DNA of 64,000 bases from Spirochaetia bacterium (GCA_029880265.1 JAOUOT010000002.1:117353-181352); one strand, 5' to 3'. Positions 52,027 through 62,249 are shown, counted from the first letter of the stretch. The notes: generated by a model from the letters alone, not told the origin. A program made the numbers and translations.

Positions 52027-53466
52027 ATGAGAACAAATAAAAAAAGATTTAACATCAAAGGACATTTTTATATTTCAATATTTCTTTTAATCTCAGTTAA
52101 TTTCAACTGTAAAGAACAAGAGAATTCAAAAATATTATATTTAACCCATTGCTCGCCTTGTCATCATCCTGAGCGTTTTGGAATTTCGGCTCCGCCTTTG
52201 ATTCCTGAAACCTTAAAGCGAAAAAAAGATGGGGAGCTAAAAGAAATTATAAAAGACGGCCTCACGGCAACCAATATGCAGCCTTTTCGCGAAAAACTAA
52301 GCGACACTGATATTGAATCTATAATAAATTATATTCGTCAACCTGCGGGCGATATAAAATGGGATATAAACAATATTAGGCTGTCTAAAAATATTCCCAA
52401 AAAAAAGGGATTAAAAATCAAACCAGTATTAGACCTTATGAATTTATTTATGATTGTAGAAGGCGGCAAGGGTCTAGTGCATTTTATGAATGGAGATAAT
52501 TTTAATTTGCTTGATAATGTCTACGTGGGTCCCATTCATGGAGGACCCAAATTCGATAAAGAAATGAAATACGCTTATATGGGAAGCCGTTCGGGCTGGC
52601 TGGTAAAATATTCGTTAGAAGACTGGAAAGATGCCGGCAGAATACGTGCAGGCGTTAATATGCGAAATATCGCAATTTCTCCAGACGGTTCTCTTTTAGC
52701 CGCAGCCAACAGCCTTCCTGAAAATATCGTCATTATTGATTCGAAGACATTAGACCCTATTAAGGTGATTGAAGCAAAAGGAAAACCCTCGGCTGTATAC
52801 TCGCTTAAAAACGGCGAGGCGTTTATCGTATGTTTTCGAAATAATAAAGAATTATGGTTCATTAATTATTCTGATTTATCCATTGAAAAAATTACCGTAG
52901 ACCAGCCATTTTCAGATTTTTTTATCGGTCCTGACGAAAGATATTTTATCGGAGCCGCAAGAAACGCAAAACATATCAGTATATTTGATATTCAGTCTAA
53001 GAAGATTGTTAAAAGTATTGAAACAAAAGGCATGCCCCATTTGGCCTCGGCGGCTCTATGGAAGCAAGGTAAAAAATATCTTGCCGCTTTTCCGCATATT
53101 GGAACTCCTTTTTTAACAATTGTCGATATTGATACATGGAAAATTGAAAAATCTATTAAATTAAAAGGCTCTGGTTTTTTTGCGAGAACTCATCATAATA
53201 TTAAACATATATGGGCCGATTCAAACACCAATACCATACAACTTATAGATAAAAAAACAATGGAAATAACAAACGAAGTAACGCCTGATACGGGAAAAAA
53301 AGCAATGCATATTGAATTTACAAAGAATGGAGAATATGCCCTTGTTTCATTATGGGATAAAGACGGAGCAGTTGTCTTTTATGATACTAAAACCCTAACC
53401 GAAAAGTTGCGACTTCCCTTCATTAAACCAGTAGGAAAATATAACGCTACCAATAAAAAATATTAA
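52027..53466 (+). CDS. nirN: NirN-like heme d1 maturation protein (cytochrome c plus d1 beta-propeller)
   Basis: CSPCH, IHGGPKF, IRAGVNMRNIAIS, GMPHL, GFFARTH, HIEFTKNGEYALVSLW and KPVGKYN motifs; signal ending VNFN-C. Confidence 0.8.
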   Translation: MRTNKKRFNIKGHFYISIFLLISVNFNCKEQENSKILYLTHCSPCHHPERFGISAPPLIPETLKRKKDGELKEIIKDGLTATNMQPFREKLSDTDIESIINYIRQPAGDIKWDINNIRLSKNIPKKKGLKIKPVLDLMNLFMIVEGGKGLVHFMNGDNFNLLDNVYVGPIHGGPKFDKEMKYAYMGSRSGWLVKYSLEDWKDAGRIRAGVNMRNIAISPDGSLLAAANSLPENIVIIDSKTLDPIKVIEAKGKPSAVYSLKNGEAFIVCFRNNKELWFINYSDLSIEKITVDQPFSDFFIGPDERYFIGAARNAKHISIFDIQSKKIVKSIETKGMPHLASAALWKQGKKYLAAFPHIGTPFLTIVDIDTWKIEKSIKLKGSGFFARTHHNIKHIWADSNTNTIQLIDKKTMEITNEVTPDTGKKAMHIEFTKNGEYALVSLWDKDGAVVFYDTKTLTEKLRLPFIKPVGKYNATNKKY

Positions 53467-53471
53467 CTGCT

Positions 53472-54149
53472 TTATTGAACCGGGTTCAATAAAGCAGCGT
53501 TATTCTCGCTCATTGATTCAAGTTTTTTCTCAATATCGACGTCGATGTTATTATTTTGCTCGATAGGCGGCAAAAGCATTTTTCTGCTTATTTCTGCTCT
53601 CCTTTTCGGCTCAAACAATGTTAATAGATATGAAACGATCGATTGCCTTCCCTCTAATTCGGCGGTTTTATCCATTTGTCTGAAAACTTCAATAATATCA
53701 AAATCGCGCCAGTCTTCCATCATTTCTTTTGCTTTTTCGGGGGGCATGCTTGCTACTTTTTGCGCCATATCTTCGATTCTTTTATTTCTGTATTCCCAAT
53801 CTTTTTTTTGCATTAAAAAATTTTTCTGTTCTTCAAGCATACTTACGGCATATTCGTTCAATATTTTTTTATCTCGTTTATAACCGGCTATTTTTTGCTC
53901 GAATTCTACTTCTTTTGCGGCAAGCTTTTCTTCTCTTTCTGCAAGCATTTCTTCCCATTTGTTATAGCTTACTTTTTCTACTATAGACGGGTTTTCTTTA
54001 TCTTCCAGCACCGGGGGGTTTTTCGGAGCCAGAAATGGGATATAAGACGATACTTGGGTAATTCCCATATTATCTAATACAAATACAAATATCCCCGAAA
54101 AAAAGAATATCGTTAAAATCAGTAAAAAAACTGTTTTTCGTTCTGTCAT
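53472..54149 (-). CDS. flbB: Periplasmic flagellar collar protein FlbB
   Basis: N-terminal TM, coiled coil and MPPEKA...SIVSYLLTLFEPKRRAEI; downstream of fliJ. Confidence 0.8.
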   Translation of the reverse strand: MTERKTVFLLILTIFFFSGIFVFVLDNMGITQVSSYIPFLAPKNPPVLEDKENPSIVEKVSYNKWEEMLAEREEKLAAKEVEFEQKIAGYKRDKKILNEYAVSMLEEQKNFLMQKKDWEYRNKRIEDMAQKVASMPPEKAKEMMEDWRDFDIIEVFRQMDKTAELEGRQSIVSYLLTLFEPKRRAEISRKMLLPPIEQNNNIDVDIEKKLESMSENNAALLNPVQ

Positions 54150-54174
54150 AATTAATACTCCTTATTATTTATTC

Positions 54175-54354
54175 TTATGCCGGAATATTCTTTTTTATTT
54201 TTGTTAAAATCAGGCACAATTTATCCAGTTCCCGTTCTAATTTAAATATTTTTTTTCTTATCAAATGATATTTAATTTTTATCTGATACGTTTTTTTTAT
54301 ATATGAACTCTTTATGTCCCATATTTTCTTCGTCTTCTTTATTTTCATCAACAT
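54175..54354 (-). CDS. Small basic hypothetical protein (59 aa) inside the flagellar operon
   Basis: Below the track cut-off. ATG at 54354, GGAGG upstream, TAA at 54177-54175; fills most of the fliJ-flbB gap. Confidence 0.45.
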   Translation of the reverse strand: MLMKIKKTKKIWDIKSSYIKKTYQIKIKYHLIRKKIFKLERELDKLCLILTKIKKNIPA

Positions 54355-54359
54355 ACTTC

Positions 54360-54809
54360 CTAAACCTCCATCGCCTTTTTGTTTCTTACAAACTGCTCGT
54401 CTAAAAACTTAATTTCTTCGCGGGCTATTTCATATTTATATTCTCTTTCTTTTTTTTCTTTAATAATTTCTATTACCCTTTTTTTCTTTCGCGTTTCAAT
54501 TACTTTTTCCCTTTTTCTTTGAAGAATTGGTTCTATTTCAATATATCTTCTTTCTGCAATATTTTTCTTCTTTTTCAACATGTTTAAATACAAAGAAGCC
54601 ATTTTTTGAAATTTTGCGTCATATTGCCCCATTCTTAATTTATCGGCTTCATTATATGAAATTCGAGTTGATTCAATGTTATATTGCCTTATATGATTAT
54701 TTATTTTTTCTACTTCGCTTACAGTTTTTGATAAATCAGTCAAGGCGGTTTTCTCTTCTAATTCTTTTAATTTCAAAAAACTCTCTAATTTAAACTTAAA
54801 TTTCTTCAT
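54360..54809 (-). CDS. fliJ: Flagellar export protein FliJ
   Basis: MKKFKFKLE..L N-terminus, coiled coil and E.K.LDE C-terminus; follows fliI. Confidence 0.88.
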   Translation of the reverse strand: MKKFKFKLESFLKLKELEEKTALTDLSKTVSEVEKINNHIRQYNIESTRISYNEADKLRMGQYDAKFQKMASLYLNMLKKKKNIAERRYIEIEPILQRKREKVIETRKKKRVIEIIKEKKEREYKYEIAREEIKFLDEQFVRNKKAMEV

Positions 54810-54817
54810 TATAATTG

Positions 54818-56194
54818 TTATCTAACCCTTCTAATGCCAGACTCTCTGCCAGACTGCGATTTTTGATAAATCTCATTCAAAACTGAAAAGGTATTATCAA
54901 AAGAAGATACTTCATCTATTTCTTGGTTTAGAAATTTATCAAACTCATTTTTAAGCCTTATTGCCATATCTAATACATGATTAGAACCGCTTATATACGC
55001 GCCGAGATTTATTATTTCTTCATTTTCCTGATATTCCGCTAAATACTCTCTAAGTTTAGCCGCTTTTTGCCAATGTTGTTTTTCGGTTACAAAGGGCATG
55101 CTTCTGCTTATCGATTCGACAATTTCAACAGCGGGATAATGGCTTTTTCCCGCTAATTTTCTTGATAAGACGATATGCCCATCTAACATACCTCTTGCAG
55201 CGTCAGCTATTGGTTCATTCAAATCGTCAGCTTCGACTAATACCGTATAGACGGCTGTAATGCTTCCCTTTCTGGAGTTTCCCGCTCGCTCGATCAATTC
55301 GGGAAGTATGCTGAAAACCGATGGAGGATACCCTTTCGTAGTGGCGGGTTCCCCCGCACCGAGACCGACCTCGCGCTGCGCCATTGCCAGACGCGTTAGT
55401 GAATCCATCATTAATAGAACGTCTTTTCCTTCGTCGCGAAAATATTCGGCGATGGATGTCGCTAAATAAGCGGCTCTAACCCGATTCATTGGGCTATCGT
55501 TTGCCGATGCGACAATTATCACCGATTTTTTTAACCCCTGCTCGCCTAGTTCATTTTCAATAAATTCCAGCACTTCTCTTCCTCTTTCTCCGATTAATGC
55601 GATAACATTAACGTCAGACTTGCTGAACCTGGCAATCATACCCATCAAAGTACTTTTGCCTACCCCCGAACCTGAAAAAATCCCGACCCTTTGTCCTTTT
55701 CCCATTGTTAAAAAAGAATCTATAGATTTAATTCCCGTAACGAATGTTTCTCTGATCAAAGGCCTTTCAAGAGGATTCGGAGGATCATTGTACATACCTC
55801 CGGTTTTTTTAGTAAACAGGCTTCCTTTATCGTCAATCGGTTTGCCAATTCCATTTAAAACACGCCCTAGCAACTGTTCTCCTAACTTCACTTTTAACGG
55901 CCCGCCCATCGATAAAACCTTTGCCCCCGGATACACCCCTGTGATATTTTCTAAAGGCGAAAGAACCACGTAGCCATTTCTAAATCCAACAACTTCTGAA
56001 AGCACATATTTTTCTTCTTCTATTTTCTCTATGTGACACAAATCTCCCAAATGAACCTTCGGGCCCGACGATAGCACAATATTACCGATTACTTCAACAA
56101 CGCTTCCTAGCGCCCGAATTGTATCGGTCTTATCTACCAGTTCTTTATACTTTTCAAGTACGCCTAACGGTTTTACTATTTTTTTCGCTATCAT
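54818..56194 (-). CDS. fliI: Flagellum-specific ATPase FliI
   Basis: GSGVGKSTL, IGERGRE, MDSLTR, KGYPPSVF and DGHIVLSR motifs. Confidence 0.97.
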   Translation of the reverse strand: MIAKKIVKPLGVLEKYKELVDKTDTIRALGSVVEVIGNIVLSSGPKVHLGDLCHIEKIEEEKYVLSEVVGFRNGYVVLSPLENITGVYPGAKVLSMGGPLKVKLGEQLLGRVLNGIGKPIDDKGSLFTKKTGGMYNDPPNPLERPLIRETFVTGIKSIDSFLTMGKGQRVGIFSGSGVGKSTLMGMIARFSKSDVNVIALIGERGREVLEFIENELGEQGLKKSVIIVASANDSPMNRVRAAYLATSIAEYFRDEGKDVLLMMDSLTRLAMAQREVGLGAGEPATTKGYPPSVFSILPELIERAGNSRKGSITAVYTVLVEADDLNEPIADAARGMLDGHIVLSRKLAGKSHYPAVEIVESISRSMPFVTEKQHWQKAAKLREYLAEYQENEEIINLGAYISGSNHVLDMAIRLKNEFDKFLNQEIDEVSSFDNTFSVLNEIYQKSQSGRESGIRRVR

Positions 56195-56205
56195 CTTTTT
56201 CTTAC

Positions 56206-57129
56206 TTAAATAGGCTTCGCGTTTCTTATCGCCTCTTCAATTTCTTTGAGCTGGGTCGAAATTCTCGCGTCGATCGCGCCTACATCGGTTTCTATAATTA
56301 CGCCCCCTCTGTCTACTCTGGAATCTTCATAAATGTTTACTTTTCTAAGAGATTCCATCATCTTTATAATCTCGTCTTTATGCGCTGTCGTCAGCTCTAA
56401 ATCTGCGAAATTAACTCTAATATCAATTCTATCTCTGTCTTTTATTCGGGCAATCGCCTCTCGAATATTATTAAGAACGACCTCTTTTCTTTCAATAATT
56501 TCGTCTTTAATTACTTTTCTTGCAATCACTAGAATCATTTCAACCATTTGCTTTTCTGATTCTTTTATCACCTGTTCCCTTACGTCTATCGCGTTTCCTA
56601 ATATCGTTCCTAGTCTGTCTATCAACCTTCTTACTTCGCCCTGCCCTTCTCTATATCCCACTTCTTTTCCCGCGTTATAACCTCTTTGGTATGCCTCATG
56701 CTCAATATCTGAAACTCTCATTTCAGCTTCTTTTATCATTTTTTCGACTTCGAGTTTTGCTCTTTCTATAATTTGCTCAGACTTAGACCTTGCGTTTTCT
56801 TCTTCTTTTTTAGTTTTTTCTTTGGCGTCTTGAATCAGTCTAAACGCTTCGGCTTTGCCCTCTTCTTTGATGCGAGTCGATTCAGCTTCAGCGTTTTTAT
56901 TTTGGGTTTTTATTTTTTCTTCTGTTTCTTCTTTATATCTTTCGAGTTCATTTTCAATCTCTTCAATGGTAGGTCCCGTATATTGTTCTATTATATTGCC
57001 TTCGGTATCTAATTCAAACTCAGCCAATTCATCTAACTGTTGATATCTCTTATACCTATCGGGCAAATCAAGAATTATGGGTTCTTCTTGCGGTTTTATA
57101 TCATCCGGGTGAAATATTATTTTAGCCAT
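56206..57129 (-). CDS. fliH: Flagellar assembly protein FliH
   Basis: AYQRGYNAGKEVGYREG (GxxxG repeats) and GGVIIETDVGAIDARI. Confidence 0.95.
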   Translation of the reverse strand: MAKIIFHPDDIKPQEEPIILDLPDRYKRYQQLDELAEFELDTEGNIIEQYTGPTIEEIENELERYKEETEEKIKTQNKNAEAESTRIKEEGKAEAFRLIQDAKEKTKKEEENARSKSEQIIERAKLEVEKMIKEAEMRVSDIEHEAYQRGYNAGKEVGYREGQGEVRRLIDRLGTILGNAIDVREQVIKESEKQMVEMILVIARKVIKDEIIERKEVVLNNIREAIARIKDRDRIDIRVNFADLELTTAHKDEIIKMMESLRKVNIYEDSRVDRGGVIIETDVGAIDARISTQLKEIEEAIRNAKPI

Positions 57130-57163
57130 TTTTTTTCCTTAAAACAATTCTTATCATATAAAA

Positions 57164-58177
57164 TTAGGTAACAAGTTCGTCTTCTCCCGCTCTTGCCACG
57201 ATAATTTCGCCTTCTTCTTCAAGTTTTCTGATTATATTTACAATTTTTTGCTGAGCTTCTTCAACGTCTTTGAGGCGAATCGGCCCCATAAATTCCATAT
57301 CTTCTCTTAAAAGGGCAGCGGCTCGTTTTGACATATTTCTGAAGATTTTCTCTTGAACTTCGGTATCAACCGCCTTTAGAGCTTTTGCAAGATCCTGGTT
57401 ATCTAGCTCACGCAATGTTTTTTGTATGGCCTTATCGTCTAGAAGAACGATATCTTCAAATACAAACATCTTCTTTTTTATTTCTTCGGCAAGTTCCGGA
57501 TCTTCTTCTTCAAGCGCCTCAATAATGCTCTTTTCGGTACCTCTGTCTACATTATTCAAGATTTCAACAACCGCGTCAATACCTCCGGCTGCCGCATAAT
57601 CTTCATTAGACAAAGTAGATAGTTTTCTTTCAAGAACCCTCTCGACTTCTCTTAAAACTTCGGGAGACGTTCTATCCATCTTTGCAATTCTTCTGGCCAC
57701 ATCGGCTTGAATCTGGTGAGGAAGGCTGGCAATGATAAAAGATGATTTTGCGGGGTCTATATATGATAAAATAAGAGCAATCGTTTGAGGGTGCTCATTT
57801 TGAATAAAGTTCAATAAGTGACTAGGATCCTGTCTTCTTACAAAGTCAAACGGACGAACTTGAAGCGAACTCGTCAAACGGTTAATAATATCAATCGCTT
57901 TTTGGGTACCCAGGGCTCTTTCTAAAATACCGCGGGCAGAATCAATACCGCCTTTTGTGATAAACTCCTGAGCCATCATAAGCTCTTGAAATTCCTGCAA
58001 GACTCTTTCTTTGTCGTCGGGCGTTACTTTTTCAAGTCGGGCAATTTCGTATGTTAGAGTATCTACCTCGGCCTCGGCAAGCCGCTTCATTACTTCAGAA
58101 GAAACCTCCGGGCCCACGGCGAGCAAAAAGATTGCCGCTTTTTGTTTTCCGCTCATATCAGATTGTCTACCTATCAT
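57164..58177 (-). CDS. fliG: Flagellar motor switch protein FliG
   Basis: KAAIFLL, EHPQTIALIL, MFVFEDI and NMSKRAA motifs. Confidence 0.98.
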   Translation of the reverse strand: MIGRQSDMSGKQKAAIFLLAVGPEVSSEVMKRLAEAEVDTLTYEIARLEKVTPDDKERVLQEFQELMMAQEFITKGGIDSARGILERALGTQKAIDIINRLTSSLQVRPFDFVRRQDPSHLLNFIQNEHPQTIALILSYIDPAKSSFIIASLPHQIQADVARRIAKMDRTSPEVLREVERVLERKLSTLSNEDYAAAGGIDAVVEILNNVDRGTEKSIIEALEEEDPELAEEIKKKMFVFEDIVLLDDKAIQKTLRELDNQDLAKALKAVDTEVQEKIFRNMSKRAAALLREDMEFMGPIRLKDVEEAQQKIVNIIRKLEEEGEIIVARAGEDELVT

Positions 58178-58258
58178 ATCTAACCTCTGTTATATTTATC
58201 GACTTATTTCTCATAAATAAAAACATTCATTCCTTAAGCTATTAATCTATGCGACTTT

Positions 58259-59947
58259 TTATTCATCTGCCGCAAGCCATGTTCTTAATAGCTGAGCGAC
58301 ATCTTCAGGTCTTTCTTTCGCCAGACTAACGGCGTTTTCAAGCATTTCTTTGCGAGCCTTTTCTTCAAGAGACAATTCGACCTCTACGCCTTCTTCTTCA
58401 ATGGCTCTTAACGCCGCCTCGCGCATCATTTGCTGCTGAGCCGCCAGCTCTTCTTCACGCAGACGACGCCTCTTTTCCATTTCTCGCTTAATAACATGAT
58501 AAACCGCAAAAGCCAAAAAGACCACCATTAACGATATAAGACCGACTAAAAGCATTTTGCGCATCGCTTTGCTTTTTCGAAGTTCCGCGTCTTCTTCTTC
58601 ATGTTCCCTGAATCTGTCTTTTTGTATATGCTGTACCGATATCTGATCTCCGCGAGAAGCGCTATAGTCAATGGCCTTTTTAAGAACATCTGTTATATTT
58701 CTCAACTCTTCGGCGGTAACCGTATGATATTTACGTTCATATCCGGTTTCGTCTTCTTTTTCTTTAACTCGTTCCCATTTTCCGTCTATGATTACCGCTA
58801 AATTTCGACCGCCGAACTCCCAAGGCTGTTTTTTAATTCTTCTGACATTTTCGTTAAACTTATTATTTTCAATTCTTTCTATTTTTGTATACTTTGCTTT
58901 TTGATAATCTTTATCTTTATATCCGGGCGGAAGATTCGGCTCTGAACCGGCGGGGCCCTCGGGAGTAAATCCGTTCCCTTCAAATTTCTCTTCAACCTCT
59001 TTAGTTGATACAGCAAGCGAATCTTGCACAACCTCTTCTGAATAAGGAGTATCAGGATTGTCTTTTTTCATAATAACCGGAGCAACATTGGTTTCTTCGC
59101 TTTCTTCTTCGTCCCATCGCATTTCAAGATCAAGCCTTACAACATCGGCGCGGTCTTTCCCGAAAAATGAAACCAGAGAGTTATTGATATCTGTTAAGAG
59201 TTTTATTCTTTCTCTTTCTTGAATTCTAAGTTTATCTTCAACTCGTTTTATTTTTGCTTTTTCTTTATCTAGTTCATTATCAAAATCATTCAGTATCTCG
59301 CCGTCTGGGCCGGCTATTGAAACATTTTCTTTTTTAAGACCGGGAACTGAACGGCTTACTAACGTGACGATGCCTTCTATTTCTCTTCTCGATAAATTTT
59401 CAATTCCTGGCGCATATTTTAAGATTACAGAAGCGGTTCGCGGCTCGACTCTTTCTTCAAACAATTGTTCCTTAGGAAAGGCTATATTAACCACGGCGCT
59501 ATCGACAGATTTTAATGTCGACAATGTTCTTGTGAGGGCCCCCATCAGCGCTCTTTGGGTTTTGATTTCTTTTTCAAACTGGGTCTCTGACCACTTGTCC
59601 ATATCAAAAAGTTCCCAGCCGGCGACTCCAGCCGGAATAAGCCCTTCTTGGGCAAGTTTCATCATGATTTCGCCTTTTTGCTCGGGAGATACCAAAATAA
59701 CCTCAATGCCTGAAGTCGTGAAACCAAAGCCCATTTCTTCAAGTTTGCCCGAGATGTCGGCAAATTCTTTTGCCTCTAATTTTTTTTGAAAAAGCGAAAC
59801 CTTCGATCCCGTTGACGAATAAGAGCCAATCATGACCAAAGACGCTATCGCCGTAGCCGCGACAGCGCCCGCTATAATTTTTTGAGTAGCGTCTAGTTTT
59901 TCAAAAACAGCTTTTATATTTTCAATAATTTTATTAAAGTCTGGCAT
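58259..59947 (-). CDS. fliF: Flagellar MS-ring protein FliF
   Basis: Two TMs; GWELFD, RALMGAL..T, TASVIL and LLRTWL motifs. Confidence 0.96.
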   Translation of the reverse strand: MPDFNKIIENIKAVFEKLDATQKIIAGAVAATAIASLVMIGSYSSTGSKVSLFQKKLEAKEFADISGKLEEMGFGFTTSGIEVILVSPEQKGEIMMKLAQEGLIPAGVAGWELFDMDKWSETQFEKEIKTQRALMGALTRTLSTLKSVDSAVVNIAFPKEQLFEERVEPRTASVILKYAPGIENLSRREIEGIVTLVSRSVPGLKKENVSIAGPDGEILNDFDNELDKEKAKIKRVEDKLRIQERERIKLLTDINNSLVSFFGKDRADVVRLDLEMRWDEEESEETNVAPVIMKKDNPDTPYSEEVVQDSLAVSTKEVEEKFEGNGFTPEGPAGSEPNLPPGYKDKDYQKAKYTKIERIENNKFNENVRRIKKQPWEFGGRNLAVIIDGKWERVKEKEDETGYERKYHTVTAEELRNITDVLKKAIDYSASRGDQISVQHIQKDRFREHEEEDAELRKSKAMRKMLLVGLISLMVVFLAFAVYHVIKREMEKRRRLREEELAAQQQMMREAALRAIEEEGVEVELSLEEKARKEMLENAVSLAKERPEDVAQLLRTWLAADE

Positions 59948-60037
59948 GGGAAAACCTCTTTTTTATTCATATTAATTTACCCAAGTTCCCTTTGATGTTT
60001 TTTATTTTTTAATAAATCTGTTTTTTTATTCATTTAT

Positions 60038-60379
60038 TTATCTTAAATTAACAAGTTCTCTATATGTTTTTACGGCCATGTCGGCTAATGTCTTTGTATA
60101 TGTTAAAGACATCCTCGCCTTTTCAGCCGCTATCAGTACAGAATGCACGCTTACAGAGCCGGGATCTGCGACCGCTTGATGAGATAAGTTTTCTGCATAA
60201 ACCTGCTGATCGTTTACTTGCTGCAAGGCTCTCGTTAAAACTTTTGCAAAATTTTCGGCGGGCGATTCGGATGTTTTCGCAGACTTAATACCATTGTAAT
60301 GCTTCAGATCAGACGTCTTTAGCGGTATTATGTCTCCTTTAACCATGCTTTGAGTTAAGCTTTTGCTTATAATGTCCAT
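60038..60379 (-). CDS. fliE: Flagellar hook-basal body protein FliE
   Basis: F..VL..AL.QVN..Q and HSVLIAAEKA motifs; position in the operon. Confidence 0.93.
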   Translation of the reverse strand: MDIISKSLTQSMVKGDIIPLKTSDLKHYNGIKSAKTSESPAENFAKVLTRALQQVNDQQVYAENLSHQAVADPGSVSVHSVLIAAEKARMSLTYTKTLADMAVKTYRELVNLR

Positions 60380-60442
60380 ACTGTCTCCTATGCTATATAC
60401 TTTATATATCGTGTCAAATGTTTTTTATATATTTTTTTCTTT

Positions 60443-60898
60443 TTATCTTCCTATCTGCATTGCCGATCTAAACATGCTTTTATATCCGTTAATCATTTGC
60501 ACGTTTGCCTCATAGGCCCGGCTTGCAGATATCATATCTACCATTTCAGTCACCGGATTTATATTGGGATACTCGACATATCCCTTATAGGGCCCGATTT
60601 TAATGGAGTCTTTATGCCCCGGATCATAGACCCTTCTTACGGGGGTTTCGTCGTCCCTTTCTATTTTAACCACGCGAACGCCCTGTCCCTCGCCATTTCT
60701 AAGACCAAAAGGATAAACGGGCGATTTCCATTTTGTTCTTAAATTGACCGGTTGAAGTATGACTCTTCTTTTTTTATAGGGTCCGTCTCCCTCTGTTGTG
60801 CGCGTAGTAGAAACATTGGCCAGGTTATTTGAGATGACATCAAGCCGAAGTCTTTGGGCGCTTAATCCGGTGGAGGCTATATTTATTGCTTCAAACAT
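60443..60898 (-). CDS. flgC: Flagellar rod protein FlgC
   Basis: GLSAQRLRLDVISNNLAN and EMVDMISASRAYEAN motifs. Confidence 0.97.
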   Translation of the reverse strand: MFEAINIASTGLSAQRLRLDVISNNLANVSTTRTTEGDGPYKKRRVILQPVNLRTKWKSPVYPFGLRNGEGQGVRVVKIERDDETPVRRVYDPGHKDSIKIGPYKGYVEYPNINPVTEMVDMISASRAYEANVQMINGYKSMFRSAMQIGR

Positions 60899-60926
60899 AA
60901 TTCTTCTTCTTTCTTAATTAAATTTT

Positions 60927-61361
60927 CTACGGCGCTCTCATCACAATATTCATGATTCGAAAATGATGATTTATCTGCGAAGTCATAAATTCATATGTGA
61001 GTTGATTTTTAACCGCTAAACTCATTTCATGCTCTACATCTACATTATTGCCGTCGTTTCGCATTGTGGTTAAATAATCAATAACGGGTCTTGCCTTTGT
61101 TTCTCGATAATCCAATGATTTAAAAAAAGGGATATGTCGTTCGTCGGTTACTCTGGCGGGAACTTCGTTTTTTTTAACGTATTCTTCAGAATCAAGAGCC
61201 CGTCTTAATTGGGCCTCAAAAGTAACCTGAGTTCTTTTAAAATGCGGCGTGTCTACATTTGCAATATTATTGGCAATTACCTTTCTTCTAAGCTCGGCCG
61301 TATCTAACCCTTTTTCTAAAAGAGAGACTGACTTGTTCCAGTTTAACCTTGAATCTATCAT
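60927..61361 (-). CDS. flgB: Flagellar rod protein FlgB
   Basis: IANNIANVDTP and RNDGNNVDVEHEM motifs; ATG at 61361 is preferred. Confidence 0.95.
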   Translation of the reverse strand: MIDSRLNWNKSVSLLEKGLDTAELRRKVIANNIANVDTPHFKRTQVTFEAQLRRALDSEEYVKKNEVPARVTDERHIPFFKSLDYRETKARPVIDYLTTMRNDGNNVDVEHEMSLAVKNQLTYEFMTSQINHHFRIMNIVMRAP

Positions 61362-61553
61362 TGTTATAAGTATCGTCAGAATTTTAAAAAGATTAATCAA
61401 TAAATTCGCTTGATCGCATGTCTCTGCAAAAAATACTATGAAAAGATGCAGGTAGTTTTGCGCCCAAACATTATCGACAAAACAAATCTGACCTCGTAAA
61501 AATAGACTAAATTATAATATTTTTATAATATTTAGACGTAAGCAGGATAATTT

Positions 61554-62120
61554 ATGAAAAAGAAAATCAAACCATTCTTGTTACTAGGCGGCCTTAGTTT
61601 AATAGCGGTAACATACGCTATTTATTCTCAAAGCGCGCATAGCAATTTATCAGATCCCGTGATGTTAAAAAAGTTTAAATATATTTCTGAAAGGCTCATG
61701 TGTCCCTGCGGATGCGCGCTGCCTTTAAATACCTGCAATATGTCTGACTGCATAGCGTGGGACATGAGAAAATCTGTTGAAATTCTCTTGAAATCGGGAC
61801 AATCTGAAGAATTCATTATTAACGGATTTATAAACGGCTTTGGGCCCCTTATCGACACCGACCCTGCGTTTAGGCACATGTCTTCAGGGGTTAAAAATTT
61901 ATTTCGCAGAGGTATGGGCGAAGAGGGCTTTACCGAGCCATACAACAGAAATCCCGAAATTTGGATAGCCGTATCGGCTGTTTTATTTTCTGCAATAGCC
62001 GGATGGTTTATTCGCTCTCATTTTCGCAAAATAAATCTTGCAAAAACCGGCAAAGAAAAAGAACAGGAAAAAACAACCGAAAAAGAAGAAGAACTCTATA
62101 AAAAATTGTACGACGAATAA
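61554..62120 (+). CDS. CcmH/NrfF-like cytochrome c biogenesis protein
   Basis: Signal, LMCPCGC (variant of LRCxxC), MR..V..LL.SGQSEEFI and a C-terminal TM. Confidence 0.7.
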   Translation: MKKKIKPFLLLGGLSLIAVTYAIYSQSAHSNLSDPVMLKKFKYISERLMCPCGCALPLNTCNMSDCIAWDMRKSVEILLKSGQSEEFIINGFINGFGPLIDTDPAFRHMSSGVKNLFRRGMGEEGFTEPYNRNPEIWIAVSAVLFSAIAGWFIRSHFRKINLAKTGKEKEQEKTTEKEEELYKKLYDE

Positions 62121-62249
62121 TTTTTTTCATTGGCGCCTTGTTCAATTTACTGGTCATATCTATTGCTATCATTAAGCAAATTTGAAACTAATCTTTATTT
62201 CAAATTTACTTGCCGCGATATCTAAAGAAATGCTTCTCATTCACAAAAG

